From assembly GCA_048628825.1 (NCBI GenBank), contig CM109626.1, positions 17,021,077-17,085,076 on the forward strand: a DNA stretch of 64,000 nucleotides, in the 5' to 3' direction. Position numbers and translations under genes: made by a program. Of this stretch, positions 11,860 through 24,400 are shown piece after piece (the stretch's first letter is position 1; each line of letters starts with the position of its first letter). The DNA comes from Menidia menidia. Lineage: Eukaryota. The notes under the pieces are model-generated. The model saw only the letters and a list, made by a program, of their open reading frames with translations. It was not told the DNA's origin and made no database searches.

Positions 11860-14800
11860 ATTTTACCTTGACCCGAGGCATGAAAGGATTGTGCCTCTTT
11901 GGTTTCTTGACGTTTGTCTAAAATAAAAAAAAACAGGATTGTAGTGTTATCATGATGAAATAACTCCTTTTGCAGCTATTACAGTTAAATCAGCATTTAT
12001 TCTGGACAGCAGCGAACACACAAAACACACAATGCGCAAAAAGGGAACCGGCAAACCTCAGTTTTGTCCTTTCCCTCTTCTTCTGTCGCTCCCTCTTTGG
12101 ATGAAGACTCCTCTTCATCTTTAAGTTCCTCATCATCAGATGCAGTCTAGCATTAATAACACAGTAAGAACAAGGAAATGGAGATGTGAGTGTCTAAAAT
12201 AGGATAAACAATAATTTTCTGTAATGAATAATACACAGTATAGAAAAACCCACTTAAAAAGCAGCCAGGCTGTCACGTACCTTCTTAGCAGCATGAGGCA
12301 TGAATGGATTATGATGTTTGTGCTTTTTCATCTTTGTCTACAATCAAAATAAAAATAAAAAGCACAGTGATGATGTGTTAAATAACACAAGAAGCAAAAA
12401 CCTGAAGATCTATATTTAATTCCAGCTGTTCCAGACATATGTAATTTCATGGAACACCTGAGCTAGAAACAGTTCCCTTATTTTTTTTTCTACAGAAAAT
12501 ATGAGCTTGATAAACCCCCTGTTCCATATGTCAGCCACAAAAGGTGTGACAAAAGAGTAGAACTTTGAACAGAATATAAAAACTGTGTATGGAGTGATTA
12601 AATGACCCGGTGACTAATAAAAAGAAAGGAGCTCCATAGAAACGCCCTCTGACAATACCCTTAGGGTGTCGCATATCTTTTGCATGACTTTAGCATGAAA
12701 GGGCTGATAAGGAAGAAGGAACTGAAAACGTAAGGTTTGAATTGAACAAGAGATAAAAGTATCCTGAGCTTGTTTTTCATTAAGGGTTTGTTACACACAA
12801 CAATGGCCTAAACGCAGAGGAAATCTATCCCAAACTCACACAAAACAAAGTGAAAACACCTCTCTGCAGTATAAAGGTTTTTTTTCTCCATCTCAAATCA
12901 GTGAACTCTAAAACCAGTCTGTTGGACCGGCACACTCACCCGTTTACTCTCCTGAGGATCCTCGTCATCATTTTTGGTTACAGCAGATTCATCTTTGGTG
13001 CCTTCATCTTCCGACTGGCACTATAGGCATTTGAAGGCATCATATCATAATTTGTTTGCCCAAGTTAGACAAAATATTCAGTATTAAGAGCAGGATTCTG
13101 CTATTTCAGGCTAAACACTGCTATGTATGCTAATAACATAGACAATGCGTCAAAACATTCAGATTGTTTTACTCTAAAGGAAGAGAGCTAATATTTATCA
13201 GCCAACAGTGTGAGGCTTGTCAGCAACAACAGGAGTTTCTGAAGGTTTTCCTCTTTCCTTTTCGTCCTTGTGGACACAGCTAAACAAAGACATAGCTCGA
13301 CTCATTTCCTCCAAAATCGATCTCTGAGCTACATAAATATCCCAACAGCCTGAGTATCACTCTGTCTGTGTGAAGTCTACCTTTTCCTCCGTTTGTCTAG
13401 GCTTTAGTTTGCTGGGAGGGGACGTCGACTTCATCTCCTGGAACACAGCAGAACGCAGACATGAGAAGCAGAAGTCAGATGACTTTCATTAAAAACACGT
13501 GGCTCCGCTGTACACAAACCTCTTTGGTTGGTCTGGGTGGGACTTTTGGTGTTTCATGTCTTGGCTTCCTTTCCGGCGGCATCAAATTACTTTTGACCTG
13601 GCAATGTCAAAAACACAGACGGACTCAGTGAACCAGAGCAGGAGACGGAGATCAGCGAGCAGGAAGGAGATGAGGAAGACGTGGTTTAAGACATGGAGGA
13701 GGAGGAGCTTCAGGAAATAGTGCATTTTTCTCCGTTCATAATAAGCTTTCAGTGTGTGTGCGTGTGTGTGTGTTGGGTCACCGTTGAGTTATGTGTGAAG
13801 TCATAAATAGACATACCGGCTCAGACTTCTCCAGTTGCTTTCCATTCTCCTCGAGTGTCTCTGTGTCATCAGCGTCATTCTGAAAAATGGACAGGAAATA
13901 TTCCCTCTTAAAGAGTACCAACTGAAAACAGATGAGTTGATCAGTGTCTGAAACACCACATTAGCCAACAGTTTAAATTTCCCGGTAGCAAAGTCAGATT
14001 TGAAATGGTATGAAATTCACGTCAGTCTCCATTAAAAATGTTCTGTTTCTGTTAAGCTGCGAATGAGCCACTGACCTACCGACAAGTCAAACAGCTGTGC
14101 AATCCTCCACATGTTCAGCAGAGTTTAAAAGGCAACACAAAAACACATCAACCACCGTCACCTCTATAATAATGCTGCCACCACTACCCCTGCTTTGATT
14201 ATGCCTGTAATCCCACCACCACCCACATATTCAGAAAGTTACTTTATGTGTAGAGCGGAATGGGTTCAGTTTGGACATAGCTTCAGCCATTGCATTCTAG
14301 GGAGAAAATAGCATCAGAAAAAAAAAATGTTGAGGGGTTAAATTAATACCCGTTTACAGCAGCTATGACAGCTATCAGAGCTGACAGCTACTCTAAGACT
14401 TCTGCTCAGTGTTGTGCTAAAAAAAATGCAGACAGAAACAAGATTTGAAAAAAAATTATAATAAAACTCACCTGTTTGTGGCTTGATGGCTTTTCATTGC
14501 TTGTATCCTCGTCCTCTAATCCTGTCTGCTTCTCTTGCTGTGTAAACACGACAGATTTCGTCAAGATATAACATCTTTTTTTCTTTTATTTATGCAATTT
14601 CATTTAGTCAGGAATTATCAAAAGATTATTCTCATCTTCCTTACTCTGTGAGCAGCTCGGAATGGATTGAGTTTTGTCATCGCGCCAGCCAGTTTACTCT
14701 GAATATAAGACAAAAAAAAAAAAAAAATCTGAAATAAGGTAAAGAGTAAAGACAGCAATGCTTTCTGAACCCCGACTGACCTGTTTGTGACCAGGCTGGT

Positions 14801-17800
14801 TGTCTCCATCTGCAGTCTGCTCATCATTCGTGTTGGAGCTCTTCTTTTTTTTATGTAGAGTAAAACATTAAAACCAACTGTTCATCATTACGCTACAGTT
14901 ACACTTAAATTCAGGCTAGCAGGATAACATGACCTCACCTGTTTATCAGTGTAAAAAGTGCTCTTCATTACTGCACTCACACCATTCTGTAAAGAGAAAA
15001 AACAAAATAAAAAAGCTACTTTAAAGAACAGAATGTTCTGGCGTAAACACTAAACACAGCTCACAACAGCAGCTTCTGCCTAAACATCACGACAAACATG
15101 TGACCATGTGGATCTGATATTCACATGGACCAATAAAGAGATTCGGCTTTTTGGGTGTGCCAACCAACCTGTTTGGCTTTGGGTATCTGTGCTGCAGAGC
15201 TGTTCTCGTTTGAGTCTCCAGAGTTCTCTGCCTTTTCCTTCTCCTGTTGTAAACCCAAGCCGGTCAGCAAACGTGACGACACTTGCATTATGCATGCGGG
15301 AAGAGCAATTCATGAGAATCTAACCTGAGATGATGAGCTGAAAGGATTCTTTAGGAGCTTTGCTGCCACTCCACCCTGAGAGACGAATCAGAGCGGGGAA
15401 AGGTCAAAACTTGACATTATTAACAAACATCTGTATAATCCAAGATCATGTGTACAAAAATAAATATGTGAACAAAGAGAGATTATGTTAAAGATAAAGT
15501 CTTACCTTTGAAGGCTTCTCTGTTAGATTCTCACTGTTGGCAGAATGTTCATCATCCACAGATAAGTCATCCTACAGCAGAAGAAAGTGCACAAAGTCTT
15601 ATTGTAAGATAAAAGTGAAGGAAAACATTGAGTGTTTTGTCTAAAATCCCCTTTTATGAAACGCCTCTGACATAAAGCTGCTGGATATTGGCGAGCAACT
15701 TCAGAAGTGGAAGACATCTGTGACCTTAATACCTGTCGAGGGAAATATGAGCTGAATTCTCTTAGTACAAGATGACAAAATATTAGTTTTTTTAAGAAGA
15801 ATTTTTTTTTTTTTTTAAAGAATGGGACAAAAAATATGTTCACATATAAACTAAATAGATGAACTAAACTTTTGATGTGATTATCTGTGAAAATGTAAGC
15901 TTTTAAAATTCATCTGATCATTATATCCCCAGTTACATACACTACAGGTCATACATGCATTTTCTGACTGTTTTCAACCAAAACTATCAATCACTGCCTT
16001 TTTCAAACACTTTACCTGAGACTGAGATTTGGCACCTTTCCTCTTGAACATGCCACCGAAGCGTCCTCCTTTTTCCTGAGAAATGAACTCAGAATTAGCA
16101 ACATTTTCAGTACCTGGTTCCTGTTTGCTGGCTAAAGATGGAGGCTGAATTCTCACCTTTTTCGGGTTGTCTGAGAGGCTGTCGCTGCTGCCTGAGAGCT
16201 CCTTGTCTGCTGACAAATCCTCCTGAAGGAGGACAAAAGACTGCTGTTTACTGTCATTTCCATCATGACTGAAGAGCAAAGCTGCGACGGAGGTCAACAG
16301 GCTTACCTGGGATTGTGCCTTCGCTCCAAAGAGCTTTGGGGACTTTTTAAACATACCACTGAGCATCCCACCAGACTCCTGTGGCGGACAAGTCACATCA
16401 CAGTTAGAGGTTGAGAACTTATGGGCGCACACCTATAAAAATGGCTAAACCATGTTTATCTGACATAAAAAGATCTTGCTTGTAATTGTGTTAGCAGACT
16501 TTACCAATACTACCTTGTTATTTGAAAGGTCATCTTTGCTTCCTGAGAGCTCGCTCTGAGCCGACAAATCCTCCTGAGGGTCATAAAACATATTTATCAA
16601 ACAACACATTTCAACCAAACCTGTTGGAGGCAAACAAAAAGAGGAGCTAAACAAATACCTGAGACGGCGCCTTTGCTCCACTGGGTTTTGGGGACTTTTT
16701 AAACATACCGCTGAACATTCCTCCCGGCTCCTTGAGGAGGAAAAGCCCCACAGAAGTCTTGTAAGCGGAAGCACACGTTGTGTTTTACACTAAAAACCAC
16801 AGGCTGTGTTTGGACCCGCAGTCAGAGGGACAGGCAGGGATTCAGCGGCACACGTGTGCCAGCGCACATGAAACAGCTGATTCGTGCAGGTTTGTGCTCA
16901 CTCTAGCTAACAGGCACATAAAAAAAAAACTGTCCACTCAGCGACCAGAGCAGCGGAGGCCGAGGCCATGACGGTCCTCTCACTGAGCAACACGGGCCTC
17001 ATACACAAATGTCATTCGTCAGATGCAAACTTTCCACAGAAATCCTCCTTAGAGTTCCTCCTCCCACTGATGCACTGTGGTTTCATTGATTATCAGGGAA
17101 AAAAGGATGTTGAAAACAAAGACTTCTTGGTCAACACGACCCCTTAAGGGTGACTCACCTTTGTGTTGTCAGACAGACTGTCGTTGCTGGCTGAGAGCTC
17201 CAAAAGGTCCTGAAGCACAAACAGAAAAGGTCGAGTGAGCAAACATTAAATCGTTTATTAAACAGCTGATGCTGTGAGCTGTATCTCTCAGCAGGTCCCA
17301 CTGGGAGGATGCAGGACAGAGGAGGACGTTTCACCTGGGAGGGCCGGCGCACATGTCCCGGTCGAGGGGATCGTTTCAGTATCCCACCAAAGATGCTTGA
17401 CTTGTCCTCCAGAGAAAAGCACAGAACGCAGTTCGATTTCACAACAAAATTACACACGTAAACAAAACAAACACACATAACAGAGAGGACAGAGGACTCA
17501 CTTTTGACGCTTTGTTGTCTGTTAAGCTGTCGCTACTGGCGGACAGTTCAGGATTTAGAGACGGCGCGTTTGCCTGTCGGCACAACAAAGATTTCATGTT
17601 GTAATGAAACAGTTTTACTATTAGAGGCAAACAGTATCTAAATAAATTAATCACATTTATTTGAAAAAAAAAGGTTTTGTTTGTTTGTGAAAAGCAAGCT
17701 GACACACACACACACACATTGAGAAGCATTTTTATACAGCAGAACACAACAGCAGGTCCTCACTGATTCATATTTAGACAAGAATTTAATTAAATTAATT

Positions 17801-19570
17801 CAAATTAATTAATTTAATCATAAATGGTTATTAAAAAAAACTCAAACTACAGCCTTGTAAAGCTGTTTTATTTTTCTCTGTTACTTTTGCAGTCTTTCAT
17901 AAATAAATGGTAGTTTTGGAGAGAGTCCGGTCAGTTAACTACAAACCTGTGGCTCATCCTCTGGGGAAGATTTGTTTGTCTTCTTAAACATCCCTTTCAG
18001 CACTCCTCCTTTGTCCTGGAGGATTAACAACGTCACACTCTGATTTGATCAGACGTTAATCAGAAATAATGCAGTGTTATGCTGCTCACCCTGCTGGGGT
18101 TTGCTTCAGCCAAGCTGTCGTCTCCATTTGAAAGATCTCCGTTTACAGAGAAATTGTCCTGCGGAGGCAACGCAAAGCTTGTGTCAATTGATGGAGAATA
18201 TGATTTTATAGGGTTTGTGCCCATTTATGGAAGTGTACAGAAGACAATAAAAATAAACAATGAGATAAATGATAAATAAGTGAGACTAGTACGCTGTGTG
18301 AAGTTTGTAGGTCAAGGGGAAATCAAAAAGGTAAAAGGACAGAAATATGGAAAAATGAACCTGTGCTTTGAGAGATGGTTCTGAATTTTTGGAAGACTTC
18401 TTGAAAATCCCACCAAATAAAGCCGTCTTTTGCTGAATGAAAAGAAAAAAAGAATAACACTCCAATTATTAACATGAAATTAGAAAAAAAAACACTTCGG
18501 TGATGTGATAGCCTATGGCTTACTGGTGTGTGCTGAATATAAAGATGACATGATATATTTTCCAGCTCACATCACGGAGCTCGTCCTCATGTCCAATTTC
18601 AAGTCCATACTTGAAGCTGGTTTCATGTCTGATCTTGACGACTTGATCGTGTTCATTTAGAATGACCTTATATTTATAGCTCAGAGCAAAAATAACTGTG
18701 CGGCCTCTTTGAAAAATCCTTTGAAAGATCACAAACATACTAATGATTCCTGATTTTTTTTTTACCTCAGACAATATGGAAGTGTCAGCATTTTGTCAGC
18801 ATTATACAGTTAAATAATCATTTTTACTTCTCCTATTTGTAGGTAATTTTCTAGTCGCTGAAAAGCGAGATGTGATTTAGGAGTCAGACATGATTTCTAA
18901 AGTCAGTTTGTGAACCTTTGTCCTTTATACAGACCATCCCTTTTAGACTAGCAAAGACTGGATAGAATAGCATAACGACAACAACAAAAAGGTGGCATCA
19001 AATGGTCAAAAACAGGTTTAAAACCATTCAAATAAGGCAAAAATGGTCTAAGACCACCATATGGGCCGCAGAATAAGCATGAACTCGCATATTAGATTCA
19101 AGTTATCACAAAATTTGCAGTTTCAGTACCAATATGAGACACAAAACTACCAAAAACAAGGTAAAATAAGTCAAAACAAGAGGCCCCAAGTCATGTACAA
19201 GCGGCAAGAAATTTAAAAAAACTACAGCCAAAATCAGATTATTCTAACTATCTTCTGGATTGCCTTGTTATGTAAGCACAACCTCACAGTGTAACGCAGC
19301 GTTTTAGCCCCCAGCAGCGTTAAATCCACTCTGGGTGACAATACACCTGTAAGTATGGAGCCATGGTGACTCACAATAACACACGTCCCCGATTACAGCC
19401 CATAGCTGCAGTTTAAAGGGATAATCCGCTGTGTTTGAGGGGGGAAAATGTGGAATTAAGACGCCTCTGCTCTGTCACTCAAGGGGTGGACCAAAGCGGC
19501 TATTAACCGACTTCAGGATAAAAACAAACGAGAAAACACTAAAATGTTAGCTGAAGTTACTCACAGCAAC
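11860..19570 (-). CDS. Unidentified gene made of tandemly duplicated small exons. The 5' half (16020-18420) alternates basic exons (GGMLSGMFKKSPKLFGAKAQSQ, GGRFGGMFKRKGAKSQSQ, EPGGMFSGMFKKSPKP, EDKSSIFGGILKRSPRP, DKGGVLKGMFKKTNKSSPE, ALFGGIFKKSSKNSEP) with Ser/Asp-rich acidic exons (QEDLSADKELSGSSDSLSDN, QEDLSAQSELSGSKDDLSNN, DLLELSASNDSLSDNTK, NPELSASSDSLTDNK). The 3' half (11860-15400) has NPF-containing basic exons (TNVKKPKRHNPFMPRVK, TKMKKHKHHNPFMPHAAKK, QSKLAGAMTKLNPFRAAHR, QGGVAAKLLKNPFSSSSQ) and Asp/Glu-rich exons. The first coding exon is at ~19565-19610 (DRYDNLDLECDGDGGSVA).
   Basis: Each unit has a cag acceptor and a gt donor. Many exons begin with Q and end with ...KQ, so they are phase-symmetric. 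At least 6 basic/acidic unit pairs and at least 4 NPF units were read from the reverse complement. Because the exons are symmetric, the number of units could vary between individuals. Confidence 0.45.
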
Positions 19571-19779
19571 GCTTCCTCCATCTCCATCACACTCCAAATC
19601 CAGGTTGTCGTATCGATCCTGTCAAAACAGCCATTTTATAGATTAAAAGATGTTTAAAAACACCAATAATCCCATTTTTCACCGACTAACGTGCATCTTG
19701 TCGAACGTTAGCCGTTCGTTTTCAAATCTGACCGTTAACTCACCATTCGGCCGGCTGCTCTCTGACGTTTAACGTAGTT

Positions 19780-20130
19780 TTTCAGCCTTTCGAGGAGAGA
19801 TACAAACGTTTCAGGGCTGAATAAGAGTTCTCCCCGTGTTGACCCCGTCGGTTATTTTCACTCTTGTCCGTGTAGTTTGAGGTTGTCCCTCCTCTGAAAA
19901 TAAATAAATAAATAAATATAAACGTTTTAAAAAGGACACAGACTTGAGGTCGGAGCTCGCACGCAAATCCTGTTTTTGACGTGAGGCTGGCGGTATGAAA
20001 AACCAGCTCGTCCCGTTCTCTCTCGTTCACCTGCGCGCGGAGGTCCAGGTGGGGGCGTGTTGGTCTCACCTGGAAGCTGAGGATCACTTCACTGCTCCGT
20101 TCAAGTGCCACTCGGAAACCCAAACTCCCT
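19780..20130 (-). promoter_or_regulatory. Putative promoter and 5'-UTR exon region of the repeat-exon gene
   Basis: There is a locally CpG-containing stretch (cgcgcgcaggtgaacgagagagaacggg) upstream of the first coding exon, and no other gene lies nearby. This is an inference. Confidence 0.2.
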
Positions 20131-21495
20131 TGTTGCCATTGAGAAGAGGCGTTCAGTACTCTGGTCCATAAGACACGCGTGTTTGATACGTACTATTACG
20201 TATGCATTATTTGTATATTTTTATTCTTATAATTAGCATTTACCAAAGCGTAAAATAATTATTCAATATTTTGACATTTTCTATCCAAAGAGTGGTCAAA
20301 ACAGAATTGATGAAATAGTTGAGGGACTTTTGAAATATAATTTTCCACTCTTTGAAAAACTTTAATCATAAAATGAAACTTTTCAGTAAAATGAAAGGTT
20401 AGGAATATTACCATAGTAAAAATTATTGTCTTGACCGGACAGATTTCTTTCTGTTGCCTTTGTTAAACACACTGTTTCAGTCATAAGAGATAAAACTCTA
20501 GTGAAACACCGTCTGTTCTTTTAATGAAAACTTATACCTGAAGAGAGAAGTACACTCTCTGTCAGTTTACAAACTTAAAAGATCAGGACATTACTTAATT
20601 ATATATTAGTTTTACAAGGTTAAAATCAGGTAAATGCAACTTTGGAATCTGATCATATCTGAGCTAAAAAACAGAGGTGTTGCTTAAAATTTCTTGATTC
20701 AATATACCCAAAACCTAACTTCCTGGAACCAAAAACCAGAAGTAATTGTTTTCTATTTGATCTTATCAGTCTGGCACAGTTGAGATTTTAGGTTTCCATC
20801 TACATTTATTGAATTCCTGCCAGTGTTTCAGTCAGGCTGAGGTCTGGACTCAGTGAATGAGAGTTGACCAATTCTTATGGCTGCATAACCAGCCAAAATT
20901 ATCGGCCTCCTCCGTTATGATGACAGCTGGCATGAGGTGTTAATCTTTCACATGCTAACTTAAAGTTTATCGTTTGAAATGTAGCTCTTGGGTAGCTCTA
21001 ATGTCCCTCATATCACCATAAGATCCAGTACTTTCTTTTATCATAGACAAAGTTTTTTTTGTACCTCTGTATTAAATTTTTATCAAGCAGAAATATACAA
21101 GACAAAAAGTGTGAGAATATACAAAGTGAAGCAAGAGAGTTTTAACCAAATTTATTGGGAAAAGGACAGGGGAAAGAAATCATTCATTCCTCTCTCTGAT
21201 TTTTTGCCATTTCATGCTTGAAAAATTTTAAAAAAAATAATATTGCACGATATTTGAAGTGTACATTACTTTGAACACTTTCTGAATCAAACATTTCACA
21301 TAACCTAAAATAAGGCCACCTGTAAACACAAAAATCCTCGTAAATCTGGGCCCCGGATTCCCTTTTAAACACATTATTGCTTTTAATAAATGAAAAAAAA
21401 AACAATAAAACAAAAACTATCTCATACAATCGTTGGTACATGCAATGATAATGAGGTACATTTCCATTCAGGCTATAGGGTGTAATATAGGAAGG

Positions 21496-24400
21496 GCTAC
21501 TGTTTCCAGCAGAGGAAGTAAAGCTTCCCCTGTCCATCAACACAAACCAGCTCTGTGGGTTTTAGTGGGTTCACCTCCAGAATCTGAACTGGGCCTCCGC
21601 ACACATACATTCCCAGCTAAAAGAGACAGAGAAAGAAAGGTGTTCACCAAATAAAGACAAATCAACCCATCCCTAGATTAAAGAATTACCCAGTTGATGT
21701 TCTGTGGCCGTAATTTGTTTTTTTTTTTAAAAAGATATGAAAAGCATTTCTGTGGTACTCAATTTAAAACCCATCTGTTCCTATGCAGGACAAAACATTT
21801 CAGTATAGATCACAGATATGGGCAAGTCATTTTAAATTCCTTGGGAACTATTTTCAACTGCAGGTTGATACACATTTGTTAATCCACTGTCTCTTTCTGG
21901 CATTTGCACTGTTTGCTTGGAGAAAACATTATTTAGTCCAATCATTATAAAAGAGAATTCAGGCTCAGACGATCAAATGCATCCATCTAATGAAGAAAAG
22001 CGTCAGGTTTACCTGTTTCTTGGTATTTCTGTCCCACAGCTTCACGGTGCGGTCGTAGGAGGCGGAGATGATGGTGCTTTCTGTGAGTCTCAGCTCGCTG
22101 ATTCTGTCAGTGTGAGCCTGACGACAAAACATCAATGTAAACACCTCAGACAGTACAATTTATTTTTTCTACATCCTGCTAGGATATTGCAGCCACTTTC
22201 TGGTAAATAATGTAGATGAGTTGAGCTCTTTGGACACTTTCTGTTATTTTGTTATTACATAGAATTACTTATTCGGTTAAATATCAGCAGACAATATTCT
22301 GGGCTCTTACAGGTTTTCTTTTGCTCCATGAGGAGATGTCTGGATCCTGATTGAACCACATGTTTCCGTCCATGTCTCCACACACCACAAAGTCTGAAAC
22401 ACACCATCAGCTTAAACAGTGCACACACGATTGATTCATCAATTAAGTTGCTTTTAAAGCCGATATCAGCCGACTATATGAGGGATTGCTGCTGTTTTTA
22501 TTATTCTGAGGAAATTTGACCAATACAACTCAAATTCAAAATAACATGCAGTTGGCTCCAGATGTGATTTGTACCTTTGTCCAAAGTTACAGCTGTTATA
22601 AAGCTTCTGTTCTGCTCGTCCTCTCCGCACTTCATGGTCACTCTGCTGAAAGCTGAATAGATGCTAGTTTCTCTGCCTAATGCAAACTGAAAAGAGAGTT
22701 CAGTTTAATAAACGGCAGTTATCTCTCAATAAAAACCCTCAAGATACTAAATTGTAATTAAATCGACGAAAAACAACTAATCAAAGCCTTTTAACAGATT
22801 AAACCTCTTTGCCTGCCTTGTTTGTAAATTACAGACTTTGTCATCAGATTTAGGTTTGTCTGCTTTGAATTAGTTCTAATATTTGTTGTATCAAGTCAAG
22901 TAGATTAATCCATGAGAAAAAACAATGATGTAGAATAAATATGTCTGAAAATAGTTTTTAAATGGAAACTATCAAAAGGATTTCACCTTTAAAAAATAAA
23001 TACGTAAATAAATAAATCAGCCACAACATTTCTGTCCTCCACTGACCATGTCCCTTTAAAAAGCTTAACAATGTATATCATTCTTATTTATAAACTACGA
23101 TTAAAGCATCACGTGTTGAAAGCCAAACACAAAGTAAAATGCTATTTTACAGCCCTGTACATTGCTGCTTCCTAATCTAGCATACAATTTGGTTCTACAT
23201 TTCATTTATACGAAAAGTCTTGATATTTTCTGTTATCTCGAATATCGTGGCTCTTGTGTGGGTGTAACGCAGCACTGAAAAGACGAGGGTCAACCTCACC
23301 ATGAAGCCGACGTGGATGTCGTTGTCTGAATTCCCCACCAGCCACACGCTCTTCTCGTCATTACTGATCACCCCTCGAATTACCACCTCATTTTCCCAGC
23401 TGAAAACAAGGGAAACATTACATCACAAAACTGGAAATTACTCGCTCTGCTCTGAGATCTGGGGCTCATTTTCAGCTGATTAATTCCATGCCGTAACCTT
23501 AACGAAACATGTCGGTTTTGACAGTGAAAAGTCTGAGCTGAGCATGCTAAGCCGATGAGCAGAGGGCTCCATAACTGACTGTGGTAACGACAAAGCTAAA
23601 AACTTACTCAGAGTTTGAATCTTGCCAACTGCTCTCCTCGTCATAAGTCTTGATAAGATAAAGTGCTCCAACGTCGCTCAAGCCGATCAGCAGCGAGCAG
23701 TAGAAGAGGCGCACCATTGAGTACTTCACCGAGTAAGAGATGATCTTCACCAGACTGGAGGCACAGACACAACAGAGAAACACACTGCCAATCCATCCCT
23801 CATAACAGCCACTTGAGTTCGACCCCTCTGTGCCCATCTTAAGACCCTCCCGTGTAAGGTGTCGGGAGTTTGGGACAGCCAAAGATGAGGATTTAATGCA
23901 GATTAAGTGCCTCTTCAGACCTGCGTCTATGGAGGACGTTGATTTCCTTCCTCTTATCTCGTCTAGATGCATTTCAGGAATCGAGTCATCATTCAAAATA
24001 CTTGTCTTTGAAGCATTACGAATGAGCAGGTAGAAATAATACTAACAACCCTTTTGAGGTAAGTTATTTTCTCTAAATAAATGAAAGGCAAATATCCATT
24101 TTATAGTTCAAACCACTGAACAAGAAGGCAGCGTGCCGGTGGTGATCCTAAATCAAGACTGAATAGAGCGAATAAGTTTAGATGTTCGGACTCTTTAAGA
24201 TGACACACTGAAAACCTCCACAGTGAGTAAAAGTACGTTTACCTGGCTCTGCTGTGTTGCCTGTTCCAGACCAGCTTCCACACATCGACCACCATGCTGT
24301 TCATGTAGCTGACGGCGAACTGACCGCCAGGCATGGGGCAGACTGCTAGGATGGGGCCGGCCGATGCCTGAACGACAGACACAGATTTGTGGCCCGTCCA

